DNA of 63,204 nucleotides, the filler included, from Rhabdomonas costata (lineage: Eukaryota), in NCBI GenBank assembly GCA_019059605.1. It is 35 parts of 35 records of this genome, joined end to end, with 100 filler letters (N's around TTAATTAATTAA, not from the genome) between each part and the next. Parts side by side here need not be neighbours in the genome. Positions count along the whole stretch, not along the records: positions 10,855 to 12,563 come from JAHMHO010010282.1; positions 12,664 to 14,372 come from JAHMHO010010283.1; positions 14,473 to 16,181 come from JAHMHO010010284.1; positions 16,282 to 17,990 come from JAHMHO010010285.1; positions 18,091 to 19,799 come from JAHMHO010010286.1; positions 19,900 to 21,609 come from JAHMHO010010287.1; positions 21,710 to 23,414 come from JAHMHO010010288.1; 28 more parts are not named here. One strand, written 5' to 3'. The notes under the pieces were generated by a model that was not told the DNA's origin, made no database searches, and saw nothing but the letters and a program-made list of their open reading frames with translations. Shown in pieces: positions 10,932-23,514 of this stretch. How positions within the stretch are numbered: position 1 is the stretch's first letter; every line of letters starts with the position of its first letter. Made by a program: the position numbers and the translations under genes.

Positions 10932-12563
10932 ATGAAGCCCACCACACGCCTGCTGATGGTCATTGTGAGCATCGCGTTGGTGATCGCTCTGAGCGTGGTT
11001 GGGCTTGCCATTGGCTTGAGCTGGGCGGCCGATATGCAAACCCAGAAAGATGCCCTTCGGAAAGAGCTAGATTTGGTGATGGCCGCAGTGCAGTCCTTCT
11101 CCGTGACGCAAGGCCAGGCCCAAGAGGTGCGCTTCCATCTGCTGGAATGTTTTATTGGGTCATATGATGGTCATAGTGAGAGTTACGATCGATGCAAAAC
11201 CTGACTCAAAGGCGAGATGGAATGACACTCACAAGGTAGTGTTAATGTCCGAAAAAAAGCGGAAATTCCTGAACACCATAAAGTCGCTCGACGTGCCAAA
11301 AGAAACAGCCATATCAAGATGCCATTCATTTTGTTCTTTCTGCATACACCTGTTCCCGACAACCATGCTTTCAAACGCAACCTTTCACCTGATACTACAC
11401 AGCACACGTTTTCACTAGCAAATATCGCCTAAGGTCAAAATGCCTCCTTAAGAGTACATCTCAAAAACTCTCACTTTTAAGGTGGCGCAGCAACAAAAAG
11501 TCTGAAGTTTGGTTTTGGCGTGTTGAGTGTTGATTTGTGCCCTGGGACCAATGGTGGTGTTAATGCGCAGGCGAAGTCCATCGAAAATACCGCCGCGATG
11601 CTCGTCGACATCATCCACCAGGTGGGGTACAAAACCAACTTGCAGACTACCTCCAGCACAATGCTCAGCGATGCGCAGGTGACGGCCCTCCTATTGGACC
11701 ATCACCACGACCTGGCCGCGAAGGCCGAAGTGAAGCAGATGGCGTCGAATCTGGGTGCGGTGGTGGACGAGCTTGGGAAGCTAGGGCAAAGCAGTCTTGC
11801 GGTGCAGCTAATGGACACCCTGAATACCGATCGACTCCCAGAGGGTCATGAGATCATGCTGGCCAGCCCTGGTACCGGACTTGCGGTGATCGAGACGAGG
11901 TTGAAGTACAGCAGCCTTTGCCCCCAGAACCCCTGCAATGTCAGCCGCGGTCCGGATTCTCCCGTGGGGATGGCTCTTGGCGGAAAATCGGGAAGCTTTG
12001 TGGGCACGGACTACACCAACCGCAGTGTTTATGGGGGCTATACCTTTCTGGCGGGGGCCAACATGGCTCTGGTGTACAAGATCAACCTGCCTGTTTTGAG
12101 GGAGAGGTTTCTGAACGAGACCTTGGCTGCGATTGACACCGTCAACGCGAAGTTCCAGGGAGCCATGGAGATCATGGTGCAGCAGAAGGAACGCCCTGGA
12201 CAACCCTTGACCGTTTTGAAGATGTCCCGTGAATGCCCCCATGAGTGTGGTTTGGATCGCGCCGGCACTGAGGCCTTGACTCGGCTTCACTCGGGCCAGA
12301 CCGCCACCGCGATCGATACTGACTACCGAGGGACGTTGCCCGTCGTCTCGGTGGCCGCCGCGTTGGGGTCGATGAATGGCAGCCTTCTCTTCGAGATTGA
12401 CGTGCAGCAGGTGAAGGACGAGATGATCGGACCTCTCTCGAGCTCCTCCTCGGAGATCAATACGGGGCTTCCCGGCACCACGGAGCTGCTGATGGGCCAA
12501 AGCGTTGTGGTTAATGGCACAGTGACCTACGAGTACCTCACGGGCCGCGCGATCCAAACCAAC
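10932..12563 (+). CDS. Membrane-anchored protein with tandem Cache-like sensor repeats, 5' part. Exons 10932-11126 and 11571->12563
   Basis: N-terminal hydrophobic helix, then ~110-aa repeats containing ALxGxSG...TDY..V..Y...ALVxxI (a Cache/PDC-like signature) and CPxxC. GT-AG intron in phase 0. Confidence 0.75.
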
Positions 12564-12889
12564 NNNNNNNNNNNNNNNNNNNNNNNNNNNNNNNNNNNNN
12601 NNNNNNNTTAATTAATTAANNNNNNNNNNNNNNNNNNNNNNNNNNNNNNNNNNNNNNNNNNNNTGTTTGTTTGATTGGCCTGTCATTGTCCAGTGTTTTA
12701 CCAGGCCCCGTATTCTTCATTGCATCACACTTGCAGAAAGTAGATTTTCTGTAGAGGTGTCCAATAATTGGATATTTTCTCTATTTTTGATATTGTCTCA
12801 TTTTGCTAGCGAGCTCTTGCGCGTGGTTTCTGGATTGATGCGGGGACAGATCTCTAAGCTGGGTGTATTTTCCGATGTGGGAACGGCAG

Positions 12890-13913
12890 GGAGGCAAGGC
12901 CGACGAGGACGAGGCGAAGATCTTTGATTTGCTGCACTTTGGGGTCCGACTGGGGTGCGAGTACGTCGACATGGAGACCTGCTGGAGCTCGGCGGAGCGG
13001 AACAAGCTGCTGGTGTGAGCCGAATGCGAGTGGGATTTTTTTGATGGCCTGCGTAAGTTTTGTGAAGAGAAGCTGAATCGCTTTTCTCGGTGTGCCCAAA
13101 TATTTCACTCTCTTTCAAATGTGGTTGAGTTTGGGTTCCGGTCTACGACAATGGGGAGGGGTGGATACCAAGCGCTCTTTGTTTCCTGGGATCAACCGTC
13201 TTTTCACCTCCCCCACCGTTCTTAAGGCGAACAAAGGTTTCAGCAAGATCCTCGCCTCCTTCCATGACCCGCTTGGCCGGTGCTCGTGGCCTGAGATGAA
13301 GCTCCAGATCACGGAGGCTAGTCACAACGGAAAGGTGTGGCCTGGAATAATTGTTTCGTGGGGGGCCTATCAGAAGAACAAGAGGCTTTCATGGACGTGG
13401 TGAGCTGGGTGAGCTCCGTGCATCCGTTGGTGATCTGCGTGCACATTGGAATGATCAAGGGCTTGTCGTGCCCCTTCACAAACCAGTAACCCATTGGTCT
13501 GATGCCGTGGCTGTGTGCGTGTGTGTGTTTGTGTGTGTGGCTATGAGGATATTTAAATCTGTTTCGATGCATTTTTCGAGCCTTCGTGCTGGGGCTCAGG
13601 CCGATGTGGTGAAGATTGTCGGCACCGCTCGCTCAATTGAGGACGTTTTCGAGCTCCGGAAGATTCTGACCCAGGTGCGCAAGCATTCAAGGAAGGGTTT
13701 CTAGGTCTCTGCTCTGCCTTGTCCCCCTGCCGTGTCGCGCTGCCTTCTTTGGTGAATATGTGACTATGGGTGATGCCCTCTCCCTCCCTCACGCACGCAC
13801 AGGTGGAGGTCAGTCAGCCTGTAATTGCGTTGTGTATGGGGGAGGCAGGGAAGCTCTCTCGCGTGCTGAACACGTACCTCACTCCGGTGACCCATCCTGC
13901 GCTTCCCTCGAAG
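12890..13913 (+). CDS. ARO1: Type I 3-dehydroquinate dehydratase domain, probably of the pentafunctional AROM protein. Exons 12890-13012, 13227-13334, 13600-13674, 13803-13913
   Basis: GG...[21 protein letters not shown] (Schiff-base Lys), [18 protein letters not shown] and the AROM-like [12 protein letters not shown]. Four exons, all phase-0 GT-AG. Confidence 0.88.
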
Positions 13914-16428
13914 GTGCGGCATCTCCTTTCCTTGAAACCAAGGTTTCATGGTTATTAGCTATTCGCATCCTCGGTTACCCGCCCCCCACCTTCACCCCCA
14001 GAATCCAACCATGCTCAGAATGGAAGAGAGATCCGACACTGTGATTTCTGGCAGGGCCATGTTTCGTTCGAGCTTCTCCACACTTTCTTCTTTTCAAAGT
14101 CGGTTTATTCGCACCCGAGGAATGATGTGTCTCTTTTCAGTGGTTTGTGTCAGGATTTGAGTTGCTCTCGCATGTGTCCACCGCTTTGCCCATGTGCTTT
14201 TTGCAAGACCTTGGTTGAATGCAATGCTGCATATGCGCTGTGGTGTGTCTTTTTCAGATTTTTGTTTTTTCCTCCACTTCATTCCACCTTACCCATTTGG
14301 CATGTGTTGCTGAATATGGCGCGCGTCGGCCCAAAAGTTAGAGGTCACAGCAGAAAGTCACACCACACACCCNNNNNNNNNNNNNNNNNNNNNNNNNNNN
14401 NNNNNNNNNNNNNNNNTTAATTAATTAANNNNNNNNNNNNNNNNNNNNNNNNNNNNNNNNNNNNNNNNNNNNGTGTTTTTGTACAACCTGACTTGCTTTC
14501 TCGTTTCGATTCTCTATGTGGCATCAGGGGAGTGGAAAGAGAATCTACGCCACGGTACCGCGACGTTCATCTACCCCTCTGGAGAGACGTGCACAGGTGT
14601 TTGGTGAGTGTGTGTATGTGCGTGTGTGTGTTTGTCATTACGAGTCTGCACGAAAACCGAATGCCTGTGGGAAACTGGAAGCTCCTGTGCTTTTGCTGGC
14701 TGTCTTGCTTTGAACGTAATGATCAGCGGTCTTTTGCATTGAAACTGGGAAGCTTGCATGGAAATTGTATGGCTCTTTTACTGCTATTTGAGTTTTCTAC
14801 TGGATGGCAACCTCATTTTTCCGTGACACGCTTTGTGGGACTCTCGTCTCAGGAACGTGGAAGGAGGACACCCTTTGCGGGGAGGCGGTGTACAGTGGTG
14901 CAAGTGGGGTAGAGCGCGGGGTGCTGTATTACCCTGGACCTTCCCCAACTGGTGATGACCTTGTGGTGGAAGTTGTGTGAGGGGGTGAAATTCTACACAC
15001 AACGTGTGCCGAGTTTCATTCTTTCTCTCTTTATGTGAAGGTTGAGCGTCGATGAGGATATTCCTGTTTGTGAGATTTTCGAAAAATTCTCCGTGCGGAA
15101 TGCCGGAAGAAATACCTCATCGTCTAGGAGGGGCGCTCTTATTTTTTTCTCTCTGACTCAAAATATGCTCTTTGTGTCCCTTTCTTCGGGTTGCGGATAG
15201 GGATGCTGACAACGTTACCTGGTGGGAAGGGATGGCTCTTTTGCGAGCCATTTCATTCACCTTTGTTTCACCGCCAGCTTCCTGCCCAAAGCGGGAGGTT
15301 TGGCGAGACTCACGCAACGACAGAACACCAGGGTCCGTTTGCTTCCCTGTGAACATCGCACCTCAAGCATTGTTTGATGGGGAATTTGCGTATTCTCTAT
15401 TGCAGGTTTTCTTTCGCCATGTGAACACTGCTGGCTTGCGCTATGCACGTCCGCACGGGATGGGAGATTTTGTGTTCTTTTGTAGGGATGCATTTCGTAT
15501 TTCTGTGCAAGGGGGATGGGATGCATCTTTACTTATCCTCACAACAGCGACTCTTTCTCATCTCTGCACTCGTCATGGTTGGTCTTGCTCCTTCCCTCCT
15601 TTCATGCCCGAGCTGCTTCCTGGCATTCGACCTTTCCTGTTTGATATGAGGGAAGCTGAATCCTGGGACACCTTCTCCAAGTCACTTATCCATTTATTTC
15701 ATTCACCTGCTTAGTTTGCTTCTGTGGAGCGTCTGTATTCTCCTGGTTCAAGAACATCCAAGAGAGCAGGGAAAGAAGCGAAACGGCATGGGTTCTAGGC
15801 ACCAGGCTTTTCCGCATCTTCCGATCCCGGATGGATTGTACACCTGGTACCTGTAGTGAGGACGACTGTCGGAGGGCACAGGTCGCCTCTTGGGGATCGC
15901 CAAGTTGGCACAGGGTACCTCTCTCTCTCTGGTTTGATAGCTGGGTGGCGATTCCTGTGCTTCGCTGCCCCGGCCAAAGACGCTACACCAACACTTTGGG
16001 GGGCAATATTTCTATTGCTCCCACTTCATTACGAAAGAGTGCATTTCACCCCATGGCAAACATACTTTTGCATTAACAGGCTGTCTCACATCGGGGGTTG
16101 CAGGGCCTATGGCATGCCTATGGCTTTTGGACAACGTGGATACGCATACCCGCCCTTTGCATTATCGTCCCACCAACAAAANNNNNNNNNNNNNNNNNNN
16201 NNNNNNNNNNNNNNNNNNNNNNNNNTTAATTAATTAANNNNNNNNNNNNNNNNNNNNNNNNNNNNNNNNNNNNNNNNNNNNGTTTGTTGGGAGTCTTTCC
16301 CGCACAGCGGTTCCCGTGAAATGAGAGCAGAGTAATTGTCTACAGGAACAAACACAAGACAGTCGCTTTACCGTGCACTGAGAAACCAAGCCACGGTTTA
16401 ATAGAGCACACACACATATCCCGCACAC

Positions 16429-17605
16429 CAGCCCCGTTGGGCCCCACTACGGCGACCCGCGAGGCCAGGCAGCCGTACACTGTGGCGTTGGTGATGGACG
16501 GCGCGGCGGCACCGGGATAAGTGAAGCTGACATGGGTCATCCGCAGGATGTGCTTGTTGCGTGACTTCACACCCTCCATCCGCCCCGGCACAGGGAAGGT
16601 GAACGCCACCCCGTCGACCAGGAACTGCAGCGCGGCCGCCCGTGAAGGGCTTCCCGCGGCAAATTGACTGACGTTGCCGTGGAAGGGGCTCAGCTTGAGG
16701 TCTGAGATGATAGGACAGGGGGTGAATTACGGTCAAGCAGGCCATAAGCGGTTTTTTCAGGGCAAAGTCTTCGCCAAGGGCCCCTCTAGTCGCCGCTCGC
16801 GGTGACAATGCCTCCTGAACTGCACCTGCATCGCTAACCCAGCAAAGCTCAGAAACCAGGGTAACTTTCAATCATCAGCGTTTGTGACTTGCTGACCTCA
16901 TCCTCCTTTTAGACTACAGTAAACCCATCTACCAAGCGTTGACACATCTTTTGCTGAAACACCTGAAACGCCGTAGCCTCGCACCTCGAGGCAATAATGT
17001 TTGCGCGTCTCATCTTGCTATGACAGGGTTTGTTTACCAAAAAAACCGTTACCCCCATGGTCAACTGAACCTCGTTTTTGTTCCATTTCTTCAGGTGACC
17101 CACACAGTCACAACGACGTAGCGAGCGCGACCTAGGGACAAGTTGCGGAAGGAGCGTGGTTTAAACGACAAGGCGCCGCCTCTGAACAAACGCCTTCCGC
17201 GGGTCTGTTCTACATTTTGTGTAGTGCTAGTGAGGACTGAAGTGCCGCAGGACGAGTACCTGCGAAGTGGATGATGTCTGTGACCACGGCGTCGAGGAAG
17301 ACCGGGCTGTGGGAAACGATGATGCACGTCCGCTTGGAAAGCCCTGAGGACAAGTAGGACTGCTTAAGCATCAGTGCCATATCCTCGCTTTCCAGAAAAA
17401 GATCAGTGTCAAATATCCGCGGATCGTATGAGTTCGCCTAACAGGCTGTATGATGCGTCACTAAGCAAAAAATTGATGGTAGCAGATACTAGGTTCCGCG
17501 CTTACGAAATAGATTGATGATGCATACAGGGGGACAACGGGTCCACCTTTCCTCAAGTATCGGGTGAGCCAGGCCACTGCATGCTCGTCCAGGTGGTTGG
17601 TGGGC
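16429..17605 (-). CDS. eEF3-like ABC-F translation factor, internal exons 17605-17547, 17343-17260, 16701-16429
   Basis: PTNHLDEHAVAWL...TCIIVSHSPVFLDAVVTDIIHF..LKL..FHGN...FTFPVPGRMEGVKSRNKHILRMTHVSFTYPG....RVAVVGPNGAG. The short inter-ABC linker FxFPxPGxLEGVK is typical of eEF3/New1. Exon phases agree. Confidence 0.85.
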
Positions 17606-18693
17606 CTGCGCAGCGAAAAAGGAGAAGACTCATCTCAAGAACGAATAAACACGAACACATTTAGTTCACCATATGGCTCCACTATGAAAATGAGGCGCCA
17701 CACGACCCTGCAAGCCAGGGACGTCATATGTTGTCAGTTTTACTACAGCAGGCTACTTCAACTCAGAACACATCCCTGGTCACGCCACAGCGAGTGGAAA
17801 GACGCATCAAGAAAAGCCCAACTGCATTTCGGAGCCACCCGGAAATTCGTGACAAGCTAACCTCTTGAGTTGCGGAATTTAACTTGCCATGGATTATGCC
17901 GGTGATGAAACGCACAAACGATTGTTTCAGCTCATCTTGCATAGCACAGAAAGACAAAAAGGCAGTATTCTCATCTTAGTAACCCAACACNNNNNNNNNN
18001 NNNNNNNNNNNNNNNNNNNNNNNNNNNNNNNNNNTTAATTAATTAANNNNNNNNNNNNNNNNNNNNNNNNNNNNNNNNNNNNNNNNNNNNTTGTTGTGGT
18101 AATCGAGCAAGAGTTGCGCAAAACCGCGAAGCATTGGCAGCTGCAAACGATCAAACAAAAAAGACAACAAGGATAGGGCACAGGAGCGCAAAACGTGGAA
18201 AGACGATGTACACAAACAAAAGAAAACACCTGGTGAGGAAAGAGACTTTTACAGGTGGAGCGCCCGATTGAAGACTCGGCGCAACAGCATCGAAAGAAAA
18301 GGAGAAAGCGCTTGGGAGAGATTTGACTGGTGCTGCACAGCAAAGTGGACAGTTCCTTGGGGACAAGTGCGGTCGCTTATGAATGGGACTGGCGCTGGAG
18401 TGGATGTTTTGCTCTGATGACATGACTGATTATATTGACCAGAAGATGGGCATATCGCACCGTGATCGCCATCTTTAACTTTCAGCAGGGAAAAGGGCGA
18501 ATCTCCGGTACCACTGTTAAAGCGGTTGACATGCCACTGCCTCCTTCCAAAAAGAGTTCCCAACATTCCGGCACCGTGTGTGTGCAGAGCAGGTCTGGCC
18601 ACGACATGGCGAAAAAAGTCCCGCAAAGGAATTCAAAAGCCACGGACAAAAGACTGGGCAGGCAGAAAAGGCGAGGGAGGAGGGGCCCCCTGC

Positions 18694-19591
18694 TCACTTC
18701 TTCAGCGTGCGCCCCGCAGCGGCGGCGGCGGCAATCTGGTGGCGCCTCATCTTCGCGTCGTGCCTCTTGCCCAGATGCAGCCCACCCCAGTGCTTGTGCG
18801 CGTCCTCCTGCCTTGGGGTGTACCGCACCTTGATCGCCTCCAGGATCTTCTCCAGCTTGGGCTTGTCCTGTAACCAGCACCCATCCACCCCGTTTGAGAG
18901 AGGACATAAATCTCACCCGCACTGCAAACCAGTCGACAAGTATTCTGAGGACAGCCATGCGGAAAGTTCTGAATTGCATAGCAGGCACCTTGGCGTTAAT
19001 CTTGGTGAAGGTGACGCAAGTGGCGCGCTTCACGTTCACGAGACGGCCGAGAGAGGCGGCATTCTTGACAACGCAGAAGGGCACGTGCTGCAAACACAAC
19101 GGATGTGGATGGGCAAGCTGCACGAATGTAGGAAGAAATGCTATGCTAATCGGTGGTTTTGCAGAAATAAACATGGCTAGGCTTAAGGAGGGCGATGTTG
19201 CTTTCGACATTTGACGACCAGAGAAATCGAAGAGGACAACAAACAGTGCATCATTTTGGCGGGACCCCCTCCCTTTGTTCCTGTGGCCAAAACGTTGAAA
19301 AAAAAAGAGCAAAAAAACTAAACGCAGTCCAGGCGGGTGGTTTGCACTGGTAATCGCCGCGGAAAGAAGCGGGAGGCCTTTCGAGGCAAGGGGTTCTTTT
19401 GCCCGAAATAAAAAATGATGCAATTCTCTCTTCCATCAGAGATGTGGGCGGAGGATGCGTTGATTTCAGAAATGGAGAGACATGACGCGACAGAATGGGT
19501 CAGACGATACCAGCTTCTTGCACAACGCGGGCAACCACATGACCAGCTCAATGGGTTCCACATCGTTGGCAATCACAACCAGGGAGGCTTT
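18694..19591 (-). CDS. RPL7A: 60S ribosomal protein eL8 (L7a), 3' part. Exons 19591-19511, 19087-18989, 18867-18694
   Basis: [49 protein letters not shown]. Two phase-0 GT-AG introns. Confidence 0.95.
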
Positions 19592-20445
19592 CTGGAGAAC
19601 GGGAATACAAGGGCCTACCACACGAGCATGCAAAATTTTGTGGATGGAAGCTGAACACAGGCGGGAGTTCAGGGTTTCAAAAAGGATGAGAAAGGAGTAA
19701 GGTGAGTACGAAATTGTAAAAACCATTAGAATACGCAAGATTACGAAAAGAGAAGCTATCAAACGAGCAATCAAAGTCGTCGCTTCACCACACCCTCCCN
19801 NNNNNNNNNNNNNNNNNNNNNNNNNNNNNNNNNNNNNNNNNNNTTAATTAATTAANNNNNNNNNNNNNNNNNNNNNNNNNNNNNNNNNNNNNNNNNNNNG
19901 TTGTGGTTGTATATGAATAAAGGTGAATTTTTGGGAACGTTTTCATAAGTTTCGTAATCACTAATTATGTTGAGTGGACGTTCAAGACAAATTACGGAAC
20001 GTTTGAGGTTTTGGTGATGCTACTTGTATTGTGCAATGCACCAGCAAAGCTTTATGTGATGGTTAAATTAATTCTGGATGAACTTGGAGACATGGACTGG
20101 AGCGTATGTGGATGACGTGGTGCACATGAACACCGTGGTAGACATTTACAGTGTTGTGTTGTAGATTGCAAAATTAGAAGTTGTTTGCAAATAAATAGAA
20201 TTGCGTGTTTGGTAACCAAGAAGTGTCATTCTGTAATTTCATTATGTTGAAATGGAAGTACGAACAGAAGAGGAAGTTAGTGGAGATTTACAAATGGCAA
20301 AATTTGCGAAAGCAAGTGGATTTGAAGATCTAACCTGTAAGTTCTCGGTGTTTTCCGCCGTGGATCCCACAGAGGCATCGGCGGAGATGGAACGGTGGCT
20401 GGGGGCTGATAGTCCTCGTGGTTCCCGCGGCTGTGGAGGGACCGC

Positions 20446-21560
20446 TTGGCTTGCTGTGGCTCAGAGGAGGCTGGGGGGTCAGCACGCGCTGTAGGGGGGC
20501 CGTTGAGTGGTCTCGATTGCGGAGACTCTTGGGCCGCGTGTGTGCCAGCGCATGCTGGGCGCGCTTGGGCTCCTGGGAAGTGGTTCTGTTGGTTGCAGGA
20601 GCCCGTTGCCGACGTCGCGGGACGGAGTTTCCACGGGCTGCCACTTCTCGACGTCAGCCTGACCGTGGACGCCCTCCGCTCTCTGCAGTGGCGGTGGACG
20701 GCACCATGGACCATACCATCCGCCGAGTGGGACGTCAACCTGCTCACCGTGGACCTGACCCCACCTGGTCCGTGGCGCCATTCTTCGCACTCGTCTGCAG
20801 CCTGCCGCAAACCGTCGCTCCGACCTGGAAGGGTGCGACTTCCCCCTGGACCTTGTGGAATGAGCTTCCTACCACGGCGGTCCCCTCTCAGTGGCACAAT
20901 TCGGGGGGTGATCTCCGGCGCGGTTTGGACCGGGGACAGCAGCCACAGATCTCGGCTTCACGGCGCTTCCACGACGGGCTCCTGCCGCCACTGTTACGAG
21001 GCCACCCTGGACACACCATACAACCTCTTCTGGGAGTGTCCCGCTTGGTCCTCCGTGCGGGCCAAATTCACAGAGATCCAAGCCTCCCGGGCCCGGACCT
21101 GACCATCCTGCTTCCGCCTCTGTGGGATAGTCCCGGAGAGCCTTCTCCACACCTCTGCAGCTCGTGCTGCACTGGCCAGCCATGTGCAAGCACTGCTCTC
21201 CCAGGTCTTCCGGCCCGTCAGCCCTTGGATGATGTGCACCGTGGGCGGGGTGGCTCGGCGGCGGCGTCCATCCATTGATCCACCAAGGCTTCCCCGTCAC
21301 CATGGTTTTGGACCCCTTCCGGGCCCACTACCAATTAAGCTACCCACTACCCCTTCCGCTCCGCGGGTGCATCTGGATCTACACACACGCCCACTTCTGC
21401 GCCTTCTTGCGCCTTCTGCGCTATCTTGGCCGGATCCACTGGCCAGCCACCACCCCAGATCTTCACACTTGTCCTGTATCAATCCTGGAGCTGGAGCTTG
21501 ACTTCGAGCTCACTATGGCGTCCTACTGCGGCCCCGGCCCCGAAGAGCTCCTGTACACGT
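20446..21560 (+). mobile_element. Decayed non-LTR retrotransposon, 3' region (zinc-knuckle after the RT)
   Basis: GVISGAVWT...CRHCYEATLDTPYNLFWECPAWSSVR..., followed by an in-frame stop and PSCFRLCG. GC-rich and intronless, with stops and frameshifts. Confidence 0.7.
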
Positions 21561-23514
21561 GACTCCATCCACAATCACGCTAAAGCAGACCTCCTCCCTC
21601 CACACCACANNNNNNNNNNNNNNNNNNNNNNNNNNNNNNNNNNNNNNNNNNNNTTAATTAATTAANNNNNNNNNNNNNNNNNNNNNNNNNNNNNNNNNNN
21701 NNNNNNNNNCTAGCCGGCATTTCTGTTGGCTGCGATGTACCTTGGTGGCTCCGTTCCGCTTCTTGGCGGAAACGGGAAAAGGGGAGTATCCTGACAAGAA
21801 CCCAGGAAACCTCGGAAGATAACCCCACCAAGACAACAAATTAGGGAGGGAGTCGACACGAGGCAAACTCTTGTATTCCCAAAGGATTCCTACATAAAAA
21901 TTGATTAAGTTTAAATTTGTAACTATATCTATTTTTTTTACTAAGGATAGTTAAACTCAAAATACATATACAAAATACATACATAATTGCCATCGTCTTC
22001 AGGCTTATTATATCGTTCGCGTCATCTCAAAAAACACAACTAACAAAAGAAGGCACCAAATAAGGCGTTTTCGGACTTCTAAAACGAGTGGTGAAAAAGC
22101 TGGATTCTTGTGCACGGCTCTCGCGCTTGTTTTTCAAGCTCATTTTTAACCGCAGGAGTTGAAGCCCCTTTGCCCTGCTCAGCCCCCCTATTATGGGGAC
22201 TACCCCCTATTATGGGGCTTGAACTGGCAAAAGGTGTTTTTCGCTTACAAAGGTGAACCAACTTAGAGGCTGGAGGTGGACTCGAGTCAGCAAATGAAAC
22301 GTCACTGTTGCAAGGGCTAGATCAATAGCACATTCAGGAACCCTAAGTGTTTTACTCCGGCACTTTGCAAGTGGAATAAGCTGAGAAGCAAATTAGCAAA
22401 TTATATGGCCGTCGCGCCCACGTCCAAAGCTAATTCTATGCGACTTTGGGTGAAATCTGACATTTGCCACTGGCCCGAACAAACAAATTTCTGCCCTGCA
22501 TTCTGCCACGACCTGCGACGACCCAACGTGGCACAATCCTGGAACCAAAAGCAACTCATACAGAAGCTGTGTTGTCACAGTTGCACTGCGGTTGGCAACA
22601 GCGGCCACACGTAGGGAAGGTGGTGCCTCAAGGGAGAGTAATTCAGGCACGACTGAAAGGAGGCGGGGGCAGCACAACAGGAGACAAAACAAGCAGCCGT
22701 TTGTCCATATAGGCAATGAGAAGCCCGAAGTGAGCACATCTGCATAGTCAGCAGTGTGACAAGCTCTCTAGCCTAGAAGCAAGGGTGTGGTCCTTCAAAA
22801 GTGTCATTGACAATGGCATCCCGTCCAATGACCATTGGAAAGTGAAAAGAAGTAAGAGAAAAGGCACGATATGAAAAGACCCGTACGGAACGACATGCCA
22901 CCTGATTGCACTCGACCTCTTACTGGCCGAGCCCACGAAGAAAGAGTGAGGGAGAGGGAGAGGGTCGAATACGAGGGGTGCCGATGTGTGTTACTGACTG
23001 CTGGCTGGAGCCCTTAAAAATGGTAAGGCGCACAACGAGTCAACAAGCGGGTGAGAAGGAAAGACTTCCTCGCAGGGCGAACTCAAAGCGTATATAGCCC
23101 GCATCAACCCGACTGGTAAAGCGTGAGCGCCTGTTGGAAGGGGGGGGGGTTATTGGTGTGTGCATGGCGGAACAACCAACGGAAGGTGACGGTTGTGATT
23201 AAAAGCAGATTCTGTGTGCAGCCTCTTACGGAATGCTTTGATCAACGCTGCCAGAAGGGGCTGCTTAGGGTTTGCCAGGCAGATGCAGATATTTCTCGGA
23301 CGGAGAAACACACGAGCTGATACTAAGGACCCTCTTCTTCATTTGTTCCTTTTCCATTCTCGCTCACCCTCAAGCACAGTTCTCGGCCACGGCAGGACTT
23401 CAAGTATGCGCATANNNNNNNNNNNNNNNNNNNNNNNNNNNNNNNNNNNNNNNNNNNNTTAATTAATTAANNNNNNNNNNNNNNNNNNNNNNNNNNNNNN
23501 NNNNNNNNNNNNNN

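Noticed and set aside
5757-13913. Apparent operon-like clustering of folB, iadA, the Cache receptor and the DHQase
   Set aside because: Each gene lies on a different unlinked contig, and all contain spliceosomal introns.
17270-17350. Possible C/D box snoRNA (TGATG...CTGA) on the + strand
   Set aside because: It is the antisense of an eEF3-like coding exon.
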